A stretch of 64,000 nucleotides of DNA, taken from contig CAVSHF010000003.1 in NCBI GenBank assembly GCA_963727805.1, positions 2,080,001 to 2,144,000 on the forward strand, in the 5' to 3' direction. This DNA comes from an uncultured Nitrospiraceae bacterium (GTDB taxonomy: Bacteria > Nitrospirota > Thermodesulfovibrionia > Thermodesulfovibrionales > Dissulfurispiraceae). The notes under the pieces are model-generated. The model made no database searches. It was not told the DNA's origin and saw only the letters and a program-made list of their open reading frames with translations. Of the stretch, positions 1 to 10,317 are shown piece by piece; the first letter of the stretch is position 1; every line of letters begins with the position of its first letter. Position numbers and translations under genes: made by a program.

Positions 1-1583
1 AGTGCCAGGGCTTCGTAGAAAGCTTTCTTTTCCTTAAAGTCCCTTTCCTCAAACACTTTTTCTTTGATTTTAGCTAAGATCGCATCCACGGAGAAAAGCC
101 TGGCACCCGAACTCTCTTTTGCAATAGTCCCCATGCCCGCTATTGCCGATAGCCTCACTGTTGAATCGCTGTCGTCAAAAGAATCTTTCAGCGCTTGGAG
201 GGCCTTGACGCTCCTGAAATTGGTCAGAGCCTTCACTACCTCTAGCCTCACTCGAGGATGATCGTGTCTCAACGTCTTAAGAATATCGTCCAAAACAGCG
301 TTATCGCCAATGTTCCTGAGCACATATACGATGTTCCTCACAACGTACCATGTGGGGTCTTTGAGCCGCTCGACGAGGGCATCCATATTCTCTTTCCCGA
401 CATGGATAAGTACATTGTTGACCATACGCCGAGCAGATATACTCTGGAGCTGCTGAAGGAGAGACATCAAGAGCTGAACGGCTCCCTTGCCGAGATACTG
501 TGCATATTCAGTCAATTCTTCCTCATTGATGTCTTTCGCTGAATCCATCATGCGGGCCAGTTGTTCCAGGACTGCGCGAGAGCCACAAAAGGCGAGAACA
601 TTGTCGGCATGCTCATGTATATTGGACATACCACGAAGGCCCTCATAATTTTCAGATGATATTTCCCGTATCCCCCGGAGTGCCATCAGAACAGACCCGA
701 AATTATTCCCTCTGAGTGCGTGCATGATCAGGTCTTCAAACGATTTGGCTAGCCCACCAGCCTCTGCGCTGTTACAGGACGCCGCGATTATCTCAATCAG
801 AATCTCCACGAGCCTGCCATTATTCTCAGTGGAGTCTTTCGCTATTTCGGCCACAATGAATCCTCTCTCGTCAGGCGTTAGCTCTTTGACCGCGGGCGAT
901 GAGATCTCCTCCCTGTTGATAGCCTCCTGATAGGCACTCAGGAGCTTGCTGTCTTCCCTCTCATCCATCAACCAGATCCCGTCCTCTCCGTCTTCGGCAG
1001 ACATATCCCCTTGCGCTTTGATCCCGGATAGAAACATAGCACCAGTTCCTACTCCCTCCTCTGTCAAGGACTCTGCTACCTTCATTGCTCCTTCGGCATC
1101 CCCTCTGCCCGGTTCACCTCCCAAACTGCTCTGCAGGTCATCACCCTCAAGGAAAGCGATTTCGTCGATGGTAAGCTTGATTTTTTCGAGACCCTTCTCC
1201 CAGACTGAAGAAATGAAGTCACCATTGCTGTCGTCCCGGTCAAAATCCATCCCGGTCAGTTTGAGAAATTCTTCGAGTTCGTTCCTCGGCAGTCCTTCTT
1301 TGAAAGTCAAATCCCTGATACCTTCTTTAAAGAAAAAAAGGGCGAAATTATCCATCTTCCCTGAACTCTGATATACCTGTTCAGAATCAACGAGCATCTC
1401 CGAAGGCGTTATGCGAATGACAAGATCCCCGTATGATAATAGATATTTTTGAACGATAGAAAATGTGTCCTCTATGGCATTTCGATAAAGAATATTATTG
1501 GCCGGGTATATCTGCAGCAGTTTCTTAGCTTTCAAAGCTGCCTTGATAAAGTTTCTAGCAAGATCTATCCGATTATTGTCCAT
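1..1583 (-). CDS. HEAT-repeat domain protein (3' end outside window)
   Basis: Not in the ORF track because it runs off the edge. Hand translation from ATG 1583 (MDNNRIDLARNFIKAALKAKKLLQIYP...) is in frame with the window edge. C-terminal HEAT-like repeats: LKDPTWYVVRNIVYVLRNIG, HDHPRVRLEVVKAL, DSDSTVRLSAIAGM. Confidence 0.75.
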   Translation of the reverse strand, partial: MDNNRIDLARNFIKAALKAKKLLQIYPANNILYRNAIEDTFSIVQKYLLSYGDLVIRITPSEMLVDSEQVYQSSGKMDNFALFFFKEGIRDLTFKEGLPRNELEEFLKLTGMDFDRDDSNGDFISSVWEKGLEKIKLTIDEIAFLEGDDLQSSLGGEPGRGDAEGAMKVAESLTEEGVGTGAMFLSGIKAQGDMSAEDGEDGIWLMDEREDSKLLSAYQEAINREEISSPAVKELTPDERGFIVAEIAKDSTENNGRLVEILIEIIAASCNSAEAGGLAKSFEDLIMHALRGNNFGSVLMALRGIREISSENYEGLRGMSNIHEHADNVLAFCGSRAVLEQLARMMDSAKDINEEELTEYAQYLGKGAVQLLMSLLQQLQSISARRMVNNVLIHVGKENMDALVERLKDPTWYVVRNIVYVLRNIGDNAVLDDILKTLRHDHPRVRLEVVKALTNFRSVKALQALKDSFDDSDSTVRLSAIAGMGTIAKESSGARLFSVDAILAKIKEKVFEERDFKEKKAFYEALA

Positions 1584-1718
1584 TGCTTTTTTCTCACAAG
1601 GATGTGGTTCGCCACTGTATATATACGGTGAACATAGTTATAAACCAATTGTACTCTGAATTCTACTATTGTTTCAATTCAGCTGAATGGGGCAGGAATG
1701 ATTTATGAATAGTATTGG

Positions 1719-3014
1719 CTAGAGATATTTTTCTATTATCCGCAAGGCTTTTTGGGTAGCACCAGCTTTCTTTTCATATAATTCTCTCGCTGCATCGCCC
1801 ATGCTATGCATCACCTTGGGGGAACTGAGCATGTCCTTCACTGTCTTGTAAAGATCAATATTATCGGTTTGGATAGCCGCGCCGTTTCGATAAAATTCAT
1901 CGATAAAGGGGAAATTCTCCATATGCGGCCCGCAGATGATCGCCTTTCCCCAAAAAGCGGGTTCAAGAGGGTTTTGTCCCCCGTGCCCGATAAAGCTCCC
2001 CCCCATAATGGCTATGTCCGCCGCACCATAGATCAATGCAAGTTCACCCATCACGTCAAGGATGATAACCAGTCCATAAGAGCCAGGATCGGAAATTAAA
2101 AAGTCTTGTGCCTCCGCTCTTTCATCTTTTCGCTCTTCAGCACCGTCCCCCTTAATTTCCGACCGCTTGAGATAGTTGATCCCACGCCTTTTGACAAGGT
2201 CCTCGACTTCTCTGAACCGTTCCGGATGCCGGGGTGCGACTATGAGGGTAAGGCCAGGATAATCCGCAAGCAGTCGGACAAATGCATCCATGACAATATC
2301 TTCTTCGGTGCGATGCGTACTGCCCGCTACGATAACCGGTCGACTCATTCGCCGCGTCCATTGCGGCGCAATAGTCGCAGGACTTGTGTCGAATTTAAAA
2401 TTACCGATCACCCGCACGCTCTTTTCATCGGCCCCGAGAGTTATAATCCTCCGTGCATATTCTTCATCCTGCATGCAGAAAAAAGAGATTTCACGCAACA
2501 CTTTCTCAAAAAAGAAACGCAGTTTCCGGTACCCTTTCCCCGACTTATCCGATAACCTCCCGTTCATCAACAGCACCGGGGTACCATGCCTGCTGAAAAA
2601 ACGGATTATAGTGGGCCAGAGTTCAGTCTCCATGATGATAAACAACGAGGGTTTGACAGCGCTATATGCATTAGCAACCGCAAAGGTGATGTCGAAAGGG
2701 ATGTAGATAATCCTTGCGAGTTCTCCGACCTTTTCCCGGGCGACCTTCTGGCCTGTATCGGTAACTGTTGAAAGTACTATCTCTCGGTCGGGATACGATG
2801 CTTTAAGCCCTTTCAATAAAGGGATGGATGCAACTACTTCACCAACTGAAACTGCGTGTATCCAGATTGGCCTATTAGTACTTGAACTGTAGGGTACAAA
2901 ACCGAATCTCTCCCTGAGCCAGCGACTCCTCAATTCCTTTGGGCGCTTAAAATACTGGTAAGGGAGGATACACAGCAGGACTAATCCATATAGTATGTTA
3001 TAAAAAAAATACAT
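1719..3014 (-). CDS. waaA: Kdo transferase
   Basis: IWIHAVSVGE, METELWP, GSTH, APRHPERF, GGQNPLEPA motifs; follows lpxB. Confidence 0.95.
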   Translation of the reverse strand: MYFFYNILYGLVLLCILPYQYFKRPKELRSRWLRERFGFVPYSSSTNRPIWIHAVSVGEVVASIPLLKGLKASYPDREIVLSTVTDTGQKVAREKVGELARIIYIPFDITFAVANAYSAVKPSLFIIMETELWPTIIRFFSRHGTPVLLMNGRLSDKSGKGYRKLRFFFEKVLREISFFCMQDEEYARRIITLGADEKSVRVIGNFKFDTSPATIAPQWTRRMSRPVIVAGSTHRTEEDIVMDAFVRLLADYPGLTLIVAPRHPERFREVEDLVKRRGINYLKRSEIKGDGAEERKDERAEAQDFLISDPGSYGLVIILDVMGELALIYGAADIAIMGGSFIGHGGQNPLEPAFWGKAIICGPHMENFPFIDEFYRNGAAIQTDNIDLYKTVKDMLSSPKVMHSMGDAARELYEKKAGATQKALRIIEKYL

Positions 3015-3041
3015 GACTGTTTTCCCCGATATCTCGTCTGG

Positions 3042-4247
3042 CTATCCCTGGACTAGTTCTCCTATCATCTCCGCAACCCTAACAGAGGCGCTTCGCCCTC
3101 TGTACAATGCCCTGACCTTTAACAATTGTGAAAGCAATTCTTCCCGGTATGGCTGGTTGTCAATAATCTTACTCATTTCGGAGAGGATATTCCCGGTGGA
3201 TGCTTCCTGCTGCAGAAGTTCTTTGATACGAAGACCCGTTTCGTCGGATACCGACTTTTCGAGAAGCAAGTTCACCAAGGAAATGTGATTGACCTTGACG
3301 ATAAGCCTTCCGATTAAAAAGGTCATGGGAGAAAGTTTGTAAATGACTGTCATCGGGACTCCGAGAAAAGCGGCTTGGAGCGTCGAAGTCCCCGACGCAA
3401 TAATGGCAGCATCAGATGCCGCAAGGGTTTCGATGGACATCCCCTGAATTAAACGGCATTCCCTTGGAAGAGGTGATCCTTCAAAAAGCCTTTTGTCAAT
3501 ATTCGGGGCAACCGGGATGACATATTGATAAGCGGGATATTTCTTCTGCAACTCCAAGATAGACTGAGAGAGGACAGGGAGAAGTCTTGATATTTCATGG
3601 CGCCGGCTTCCTGGCATAATGGTGAGAACAGGTCTGGCAGCATTTACTCCTAATTTCCGTTTCATGCGCGCCTTGAGGTCGGGCGAGCCGATGTCCTGAA
3701 GCCCGAAACCTTCCTGTCCGATGCTCTCTCGGATCTCATCCATAACAGGATGGCCTACAAATTCACAGGAAAGTCCAGTCTCACGGTAGACTTCCTCTTC
3801 AAAAGGCAGGATCACCGCCATTTTATCGACGATCCGGCTGATGGTATGAATCCGGCTTTTCCTCCAGGCCCACACCTGTGGACTCACATAGTAGAGGACC
3901 TTTACCCCCTTCTTCTTTGCCTCGGCGGCAAGCCTGAGATTGAAATCAGGATAATCGATCAGTACAAGGACCTGCGGCTTAAACGTGGTGAGTGCTTCAA
4001 CTGCCGTACGGAAAGTATTTTTTAAAGCGCGGTATGTCCTGATCACCTCGACGATCCCGAAGGAACTTGAGATCCTCGACATTAACTCCACTCCTGCGGC
4101 TGCCATGCGATCACCGCCGACGCCAGTAATCCTGGCGCCGGCGAAAGAAGTTTTGACACTCCTGGCGAGAAAGGCGCCGTAAAGCTCTCCTGAGCTTTCC
4201 CCGGCAATGATCATCAGCCTTTGGAGATTTACGTGAGGCATTGACAA
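3042..4247 (-). CDS. lpxB: lipid-A-disaccharide synthase
   Basis: AGESSG, IDYPDFN, YYVSPQVWAWR, ILPFE, FVGHP, PGSR, SGT motifs. Confidence 0.95.
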   Translation of the reverse strand: MSMPHVNLQRLMIIAGESSGELYGAFLARSVKTSFAGARITGVGGDRMAAAGVELMSRISSSFGIVEVIRTYRALKNTFRTAVEALTTFKPQVLVLIDYPDFNLRLAAEAKKKGVKVLYYVSPQVWAWRKSRIHTISRIVDKMAVILPFEEEVYRETGLSCEFVGHPVMDEIRESIGQEGFGLQDIGSPDLKARMKRKLGVNAARPVLTIMPGSRRHEISRLLPVLSQSILELQKKYPAYQYVIPVAPNIDKRLFEGSPLPRECRLIQGMSIETLAASDAAIIASGTSTLQAAFLGVPMTVIYKLSPMTFLIGRLIVKVNHISLVNLLLEKSVSDETGLRIKELLQQEASTGNILSEMSKIIDNQPYREELLSQLLKVRALYRGRSASVRVAEMIGELVQG

Positions 4248-5323
4248 ATAGTTTCGGAAATAAGTTGAACGTCTTTTTCGTCCAGCTCAGGATACATCGG
4301 CAGTGAGAGAACCTCCCGAGATACCTGCTCAGTAACCGGAAAATCCCCTTCCTTATGGCGAAGATCTTTCAGCGCCTCCTGCAGATGGAGCGGCATGGGA
4401 TAATAGACTACTGAAGGCAGTTCACGCTCTTTCAGGTAGCGCTGGATGTAGTCCCGCCTATCGCTTCTGATAGTGTACTGGTGATAGACATGCACAGCCC
4501 CTTCCTTTTCTACGGGGCAGGACACCATATCCGAAAGTAGTTGTGTATAGAGGGCCGCCTTTTGACGCCTTTGCGCATTATATTCGTCGATCCTTTTAAG
4601 TTTGATGAGGAGGATGCCGGCCTGAAGCTCATCGAGTCTGCTATTGTACCCGAGGCACTCGTGGCGGTAGCCACCCTTCGAGCCGTGGTTCCTCAATTTC
4701 TTCACCACATCGGCGATCTCGTGATCGTTGAGAATGATCATTCCTCCGTCACCATAGGCCCCTAAATTCTTGCTGGGGTAAAAGCTGAAACAGGCGGCAT
4801 CTCCGAAGCTCCCCGTCTTTTTCCCGTGCAGAGACGCTCCAAAAGACTGAGCACAATCCTCAACAACCTTCAGTCCGCACGCTGTGGCGATCCCCATGAT
4901 CTTCTCCATGTCTGCAGGATGACCGAAGATATGAACCGGCAGGATAGCCTTCGTCTTCTTAGTGATCAATTTTTCGATCGACACCGGGTCGATGTTGAAA
5001 GTGTCGGGTTCGATGTCGGCGAAGACTGGGCGCGCCCCAACATACATTATCGATTCTACGGTCGCAAAAAAAGTAAATGGCGTCGTGATGACCTCGTCTC
5101 CGGGACCAATTCCAAGCGCCCTTAGCGAAAGATGCAGGGCGTCAGTACCTGAAGCGACACCTATGGCTTCATTCATACCATGGTATGCTTTGACTCTCTC
5201 TTCGAGTTCCGCACCTTTCCTGCCGAGAACATATTGGGAACTCTCGAGGACATCATTTATCATCAAGAGGATTTCGTCCTTTATTCCAAGATACTGCTTT
5301 TTAAGATCGAGCATCGGCTTCAT
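4229..5323 (-). CDS. gnnB: DegT/DnrJ PLP aminotransferase, probable UDP-3-keto-GlcNAc aminotransferase
   Basis: SGTDAL, EDCAQSFG, SFYPSKNLGAYGDGG, NSRLDELQA. Lies between a Gfo/Idh/MocA gene and lpxB. Start moved to ATG 5323 after AAAGGTGG. Symbol inferred from context. Confidence 0.8.
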   Translation of the reverse strand: MKPMLDLKKQYLGIKDEILLMINDVLESSQYVLGRKGAELEERVKAYHGMNEAIGVASGTDALHLSLRALGIGPGDEVITTPFTFFATVESIMYVGARPVFADIEPDTFNIDPVSIEKLITKKTKAILPVHIFGHPADMEKIMGIATACGLKVVEDCAQSFGASLHGKKTGSFGDAACFSFYPSKNLGAYGDGGMIILNDHEIADVVKKLRNHGSKGGYRHECLGYNSRLDELQAGILLIKLKRIDEYNAQRRQKAALYTQLLSDMVSCPVEKEGAVHVYHQYTIRSDRRDYIQRYLKERELPSVVYYPMPLHLQEALKDLRHKEGDFPVTEQVSREVLSLPMYPELDEKDVQLISETICQCLT

Positions 5324-5348
5324 CAAAATTCCACCTTTTGCCGCCATA

Positions 5349-6305
5349 TCAATTCGTTGGCGGCTTTCCTTTCTTTTTATTGACGATCGGTATCCGTTCG
5401 CTTATCTCCATGGCGATCTTCAGTGCGTTCCTTCCATCCGTAGCTGAAACGAGAGGTCTGCGTCTATTCACAATGCACTCAATAAAGTCCTTCAGTTCCT
5501 CCTTCAATGGTTCATGCTTTTCGACATGTACCGATTCGGAGGTTATGCTACCATTTTCTTTCCTAAAGCGCTTTATTTCCATATTCTGATAATCCACAAG
5601 AAGGAATGCATCATCCTGGAAGATCTTGAGCTTTCTCGATTTCTCAAAGGAGAGCCTACTTGCGGTCAGCAGGGCCTGAACGCCATTATCAAACTCAAAC
5701 CATGCCCGCGCCTCATCAATGTTTTCAGTAAGCACCCTTGTAGCAGAGGCCTTAATCTCCTTGACCGCCGGGGTTGCGCCACTGTGAGAAAGGATTGCGA
5801 GGATTATGTCTATATCATGGATCATAAGGTCGAGGGTGATATCAACATCGATGCCCCTGCCGAGAAAGGGCGACAGCCTCTCCGCTTCGAAAAAGACCGG
5901 ATGTGTGATAAGCGGATAGATCGCTAGAACTGCGGGATTGAACCTTTCGAGATGTCCTACCTGTACAATAACCCCTCTTTTCTGTGATTCGGAGATTATT
6001 TCGTCGGCCTCTTCAATAGTGGCGGCAATAGGCTTCTCGATCAGGATATCCTTGCTCGCCTTTATGCAATCCATTGCTATCCTGTGATGCATAGTCGTCG
6101 GTGCCGCTATGCTGAAAGCATCGGCATTGGATATAGCTTCGCGAAAATCGGCAAAAGCCTTTCCTCCGTATTTCATGGCCATCTCTTCGGCCCTCTTCAG
6201 ATCGACATCGACAATGGCGGTGAGCCTCACGCCCTCAAGCTCGGAAAGAATCCGCGCATGATGCTGCCCGAGATACCCAACTCCAATGACACCGATATTA
6301 ATCAT
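5349..6305 (-). CDS. gnnA: Gfo/Idh/MocA oxidoreductase, probable UDP-GlcNAc 3-dehydrogenase
   Basis: GVGYLG Rossmann motif, EKP, QVGHLERFNP, DLMIHDID. Symbol inferred from position upstream of the aminotransferase and lpxB. Confidence 0.8.
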   Translation of the reverse strand: MINIGVIGVGYLGQHHARILSELEGVRLTAIVDVDLKRAEEMAMKYGGKAFADFREAISNADAFSIAAPTTMHHRIAMDCIKASKDILIEKPIAATIEEADEIISESQKRGVIVQVGHLERFNPAVLAIYPLITHPVFFEAERLSPFLGRGIDVDITLDLMIHDIDIILAILSHSGATPAVKEIKASATRVLTENIDEARAWFEFDNGVQALLTASRLSFEKSRKLKIFQDDAFLLVDYQNMEIKRFRKENGSITSESVHVEKHEPLKEELKDFIECIVNRRRPLVSATDGRNALKIAMEISERIPIVNKKKGKPPTN

Positions 6306-6943
6306 ACTAGCCTCCTCGCTTTCAATAACCTTGCCATCACTCTTTCTTTCGCTTTTAGGAAACCTTCGTCACGAAGGATGCCGAGAATCTCCTTCGACGC
6401 AGCCTTCTTAAGAAAATTCTCTCTCGTCTTCTTGTCCACGATCGTTTTTAGTACATCTTTTCGCAGCTTACCGAGAAACAGGAGATAACGGCCGACTTCA
6501 TTACCATAGAGAAGTTCAAGTTCCCTTCTGATCGTTGCGGCCATCGCAGGGCTTGCCCCTCCAGTTGAGACCGCAATCGTCAAAGGCGTGCGATCTACTA
6601 CTGCCGGAACAATAAAGTTGCATAGTTCCGGAATATCGATAACATTCACTAAAAAAGGGGCATCGTGCGATACCGCCCTGTTTACTTTTTCGCTCGAAGT
6701 TGCCGCAATTGCAAGGAAAGCACACGTGAGATCGCCTTTCCTGTAACGTCGCCTTACGTGGCTTATCATCCCCTCAGACTTTAGCCTATCAAGGACAGGG
6801 GTCAGCTCAGGGCTTACCACCCGGACGCATGCACCAGACCGGACGAGCGCTACGACCTTTCTTTCTGCAACCTTACCCCCACCAATAACAATACAGTTCT
6901 TCCCTCTGAGATTCAAAAAGGCTGGATAATAGTAAGGACGCAA
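6302..6943 (-). CDS. precorrin-2 dehydrogenase/sirohydrochlorin ferrochelatase (SirC/CysG N-terminal type)
   Basis: YYPAFLNLRGK, GGGKVAERK, NVID..CNFIVPA, AVSTGGASP. Probable TTG start at 6943 after GAGGAG. Confidence 0.9.
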   Translation of the reverse strand: MRPYYYPAFLNLRGKNCIVIGGGKVAERKVVALVRSGACVRVVSPELTPVLDRLKSEGMISHVRRRYRKGDLTCAFLAIAATSSEKVNRAVSHDAPFLVNVIDIPELCNFIVPAVVDRTPLTIAVSTGGASPAMAATIRRELELLYGNEVGRYLLFLGKLRKDVLKTIVDKKTRENFLKKAASKEILGILRDEGFLKAKERVMARLLKARRLV

Positions 6944-6971
6944 ATCGCAAGACTCCTCGATAATGCTGGAG

Positions 6972-7727
6972 CTAACGGGAAGTGAGCTTCTTTGCCTCTT
7001 TAGCGGCACCGCTCATTGGATATTTTTCGATCACTTTATTAAAAAACTCATTGGCCTTCTCGTCCATTTTGAGCGACTTATATGATTTCCCGAGGATAAG
7101 GAGTGTGTTATCCTCCCTCTTGTAGTCCGGATATTTCTTGAGCAGGCTTTCGAGCCTGCCAATAGCAGCCTGATATGACTCCTTCTTGAAATAGAACTCT
7201 CCGATCATGAAATCGCCGTCGGCGATGATATTCCGTGACCTTTCGATCCTAAGCTCTACTACATCCCTGTACGGGTTTCTCGGATAAACCTGCTTGAGGC
7301 GATTGAACTCCACGAGTGCGTCCCTCGCCGCTCCCGATCCCTTGTCCGGCGACTCGATCTGGGAGTAGTAAGCCATAGCGATCTGGTATTGAGCGTATGA
7401 GGCATACTGGTTGTCGGGATAGAGCTCGATAAATTTCCGGTATTCTACAATCGCGAGATCGGGCTCGCCTTCCTTGATATAGGAGTCGGCAATCTTCAGC
7501 TCCGCGAGCGCGCCGTATTTTTTCTGGGAGTCGCGGTTTTTAACCTCAAGGAGGGTTTTCCGTGCCTGTTCGTATTCCTTTTTGCTTACCAAGGTATCTG
7601 CATTAGTTAGAAATTTTTCCGCGTCGTAAGCCTCGTCAGGCTTGACTGCTTTTTTACCGCAGCCGGCCAGCAACAGAAAAGCAAACATCACTATCATCAA
7701 TATGATAAGAATGAAGAATTTTCTCAT
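6972..7727 (-). CDS. bamD: outer membrane protein assembly lipoprotein BamD
   Basis: Lipobox LAGC; TPR-like repeats (AELKIADSY, FIELYPDN, IGEFYFKK). Confidence 0.88.
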   Translation of the reverse strand: MRKFFILIILMIVMFAFLLLAGCGKKAVKPDEAYDAEKFLTNADTLVSKKEYEQARKTLLEVKNRDSQKKYGALAELKIADSYIKEGEPDLAIVEYRKFIELYPDNQYASYAQYQIAMAYYSQIESPDKGSGAARDALVEFNRLKQVYPRNPYRDVVELRIERSRNIIADGDFMIGEFYFKKESYQAAIGRLESLLKKYPDYKREDNTLLILGKSYKSLKMDEKANEFFNKVIEKYPMSGAAKEAKKLTSR

Positions 7728-7842
7728 GGATTTTATTAAAACCTTTAATGCCTTCTTTAGTCAAGGCTTTTGACTTATTTTTGACCTATATTTTAAACTG
7801 AAGTTTACATTTCTGAGATCAATCAGGGGGTACATCAAATCA

Positions 7843-9549
7843 ATGATAAAGAAGATTGCATCGATACTAGTGCTTATAGCATGTATCCCGACACTGTCGC
7901 TCTCCTATGCAGCAGAGAAAAGCGGACCTACGGTAAGCCCGCTTTCCTCCTCGCTGAACACCCTAAAAGAGGAAATCCTTTCGTACTTCATCCCCGTCTC
8001 CGGAAATATAAGCAGGGTAGAAGGCCAAACAGTATCCCTTGATAAAGGCTCATCCGCTTCGATAAGGAGCGGCATGCGGATTACTGCATTCAAAGAAGGC
8101 GATAGTTTCATCCATCCCGTCACCAAAGAGCCTCTGGGTAAGATGGAACTGCCCGTTGGCAATATCGAGATAGTCTCTACGGATGTCGCCTCTGCCAACG
8201 GAACTATTATTTCGGGCAAGTCTGAGAGTTTTCAGGGAGCGAAAATCAAGATACCAGAACGAAAGTTGCGGCTTCTATTCTATCAGGGCAATCTTGATTG
8301 GTATCTTGGGGATGCTTATTACCGCTCCCTGCTCGATTCGGGCAGATTCGAGCTCGTAGATACGGGACTCCAGACTGCCACCGTTACCGAGATAATTGCC
8401 GAAGCGAAAGCAAAGGGTGCCGAGGTGGCGGTTGTCCTCAACTCCGAGGAGATGAAGGATAGCGTTGAGGTGACGCAAAAGCTTTACTGGGTCAGCGATG
8501 GCAAACAATTTTCTGACACAAAGACCTCGGTCCATGTTGCATCAGTCAAACAGCTCAAATTCTCCGCTGGTCTCTTCGCTCCCCGTGAAGGCGAGGCACT
8601 CCTGACATATAAACTGCCCTTCGGCGCAAGGCGTATAGCCGTGGGCGATTTTGATGGTAACGGCAATCCAGATATCGTACTAGCCTCGGGAGACAATGTC
8701 TCAATCTACAAGCCTGACTTGGACCTGAAACTATTATGGGTAGTCGACGTCCCTAGCGCTGATGATGTCCTTTGGATCGATACCCTCGACGTTAAAAAAA
8801 ATGGAAAAGACATGCTGCTCGTTACCACTATCCAGAAGGGCAATGTAAACTCATACATTTATGAGTTACAGGGGAATGCCTTCAAGATGGTATGGAAGGC
8901 CGAGGATATGTTCATCAGAAAAGTCGAAAACAGCATTATCAGCCAAGGCTTTTCAAAGGGAGAAGGATTTGACGGCAAGATGTATACGATCAATTATTCA
9001 AATGGCCGCTTTGTGAAGGGAGACGAATTCAGGATGCCGAAAGGCATTTTTATTTTCGATTTTCAGTATGTTTACGCACCTGACGGCAGAAGGGCGTTCT
9101 TTGCGTGGGATGAAACAGGCTATCTTAACTTTTATAATGATAAGGGAATACGCACCTGGGCGAGTAGAGAGGACTTCGGCGGCTTTGCTGATTCCTACCA
9201 GAAGGAGTCTCAAATCATAATGATTGATAAGGGCAGTTGGTCGATAAAGGACAGGCTCGTTGCGAATAATGCGGAGGTCCTTGCTCCGAAACGTAAATCG
9301 ATGATCAGCTTTGCTAGGAGTGTCGGGTACTCAGGCTCGGAAATCAGAAGCTTCTGGTGGAATGGAATCACAGTGGAAGAGAAGGGCTTCCTCGAAGAGA
9401 TGAGCGGAAACATCCTCGATTATGCTGTGGTCGGCGACCGGATTCTGGTGTTAGTTAAACCTTACCTTCTGGGCCAAGCCAAATCCATTTTGAAAGGACA
9501 AAACCCCACGGGAATGAAGCTCTACGTCTTTTCGACCAAAGGAAGATAA
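7843..9549 (+). CDS. exported protein with FG-GAP/VCBS-like repeats
   Basis: N-terminal signal peptide; IAVGDFDGNGNPDIVLA and DTLDVKKNGKDMLLV repeats; beta-rich. Confidence 0.6.
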   Translation: MIKKIASILVLIACIPTLSLSYAAEKSGPTVSPLSSSLNTLKEEILSYFIPVSGNISRVEGQTVSLDKGSSASIRSGMRITAFKEGDSFIHPVTKEPLGKMELPVGNIEIVSTDVASANGTIISGKSESFQGAKIKIPERKLRLLFYQGNLDWYLGDAYYRSLLDSGRFELVDTGLQTATVTEIIAEAKAKGAEVAVVLNSEEMKDSVEVTQKLYWVSDGKQFSDTKTSVHVASVKQLKFSAGLFAPREGEALLTYKLPFGARRIAVGDFDGNGNPDIVLASGDNVSIYKPDLDLKLLWVVDVPSADDVLWIDTLDVKKNGKDMLLVTTIQKGNVNSYIYELQGNAFKMVWKAEDMFIRKVENSIISQGFSKGEGFDGKMYTINYSNGRFVKGDEFRMPKGIFIFDFQYVYAPDGRRAFFAWDETGYLNFYNDKGIRTWASREDFGGFADSYQKESQIIMIDKGSWSIKDRLVANNAEVLAPKRKSMISFARSVGYSGSEIRSFWWNGITVEEKGFLEEMSGNILDYAVVGDRILVLVKPYLLGQAKSILKGQNPTGMKLYVFSTKGR

Positions 9550-9597
9550 CATTGATACGGCCCTTTTCAGGTCGGGGTCCATCTCTGAGGTGATGTT

Positions 9598-10317
9598 GTG
9601 AAAGAACGAGCCATCCCCAATCATGTCGGCATCATTATGGACGGCAACGGCCGCTGGGCGGAGTTGAGAGGTCTGCCCCGCTCCGAAGGCCATAAGAGGG
9701 GCGTGGAAAGGGTTTCTGAAATCGCGAGGTCTGCTTGTGGGGTCGGAGTAAAAGCCCTCTCTCTCTATGCCTTTTCGCTCGAGAATTGGAAAAGGCCCGA
9801 ATCCGAGATATCCGTTCTCATGAAGCTTCTTGAGACCTTTCTGATAAACGACCTGGACAATTTCATGAAAGACAGCATAAGGTTCAGGGTAATCGGGAAC
9901 ATGGAAAAGCTGCCTGAACATATCAAAGCCCTGATTGTGCATGTCGAAAAAGTGACAGAGAACAATTCTCGACTTATTCTGCAATGCGCACTGAGCTATG
10001 GTGGCAGAGACGAGATCATCAGGGCCGTGAAAAAGATTGTCCGGTCGGGTATCCCCGCTGAAGAAATTACCGAAGAAAGTCTCGGTAGCCTCATGGATAC
10101 GGCGGGAATGGCTGACCCTGATCTCATTATCAGGACAAGTGGGGAGCAGCGCCTCAGCAATTTTCTTCTATGGCAGTCGGCTTATTCTGAATTCTTATTT
10201 ACCAGTACCCTATGGCCGGACTTTACTAAAGAGGAGTTCCTAGAGGCGCTCTATCAATATCAGATGAGAGACCGGAGGTTCGGCAAGGTCAAGGACGGTA
10301 CGATTCAATGCTCCTGA
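9598..10317 (+). CDS. uppS: undecaprenyl diphosphate synthase
   Basis: HVGIIMDGNGRWA, YAFSLENWKRP, SYGGRDE, DLIIRTSGEQRLSNFLLWQ. Confidence 0.97.
   Translation: MKERAIPNHVGIIMDGNGRWAELRGLPRSEGHKRGVERVSEIARSACGVGVKALSLYAFSLENWKRPESEISVLMKLLETFLINDLDNFMKDSIRFRVIGNMEKLPEHIKALIVHVEKVTENNSRLILQCALSYGGRDEIIRAVKKIVRSGIPAEEITEESLGSLMDTAGMADPDLIIRTSGEQRLSNFLLWQSAYSEFLFTSTLWPDFTKEEFLEALYQYQMRDRRFGKVKDGTIQCS

Noticed and set aside
64..1631. Plus-strand ORFs in the first 1.6 kb
   Set aside because: Shadows of the minus-strand HEAT-repeat gene missing from the ORF track.
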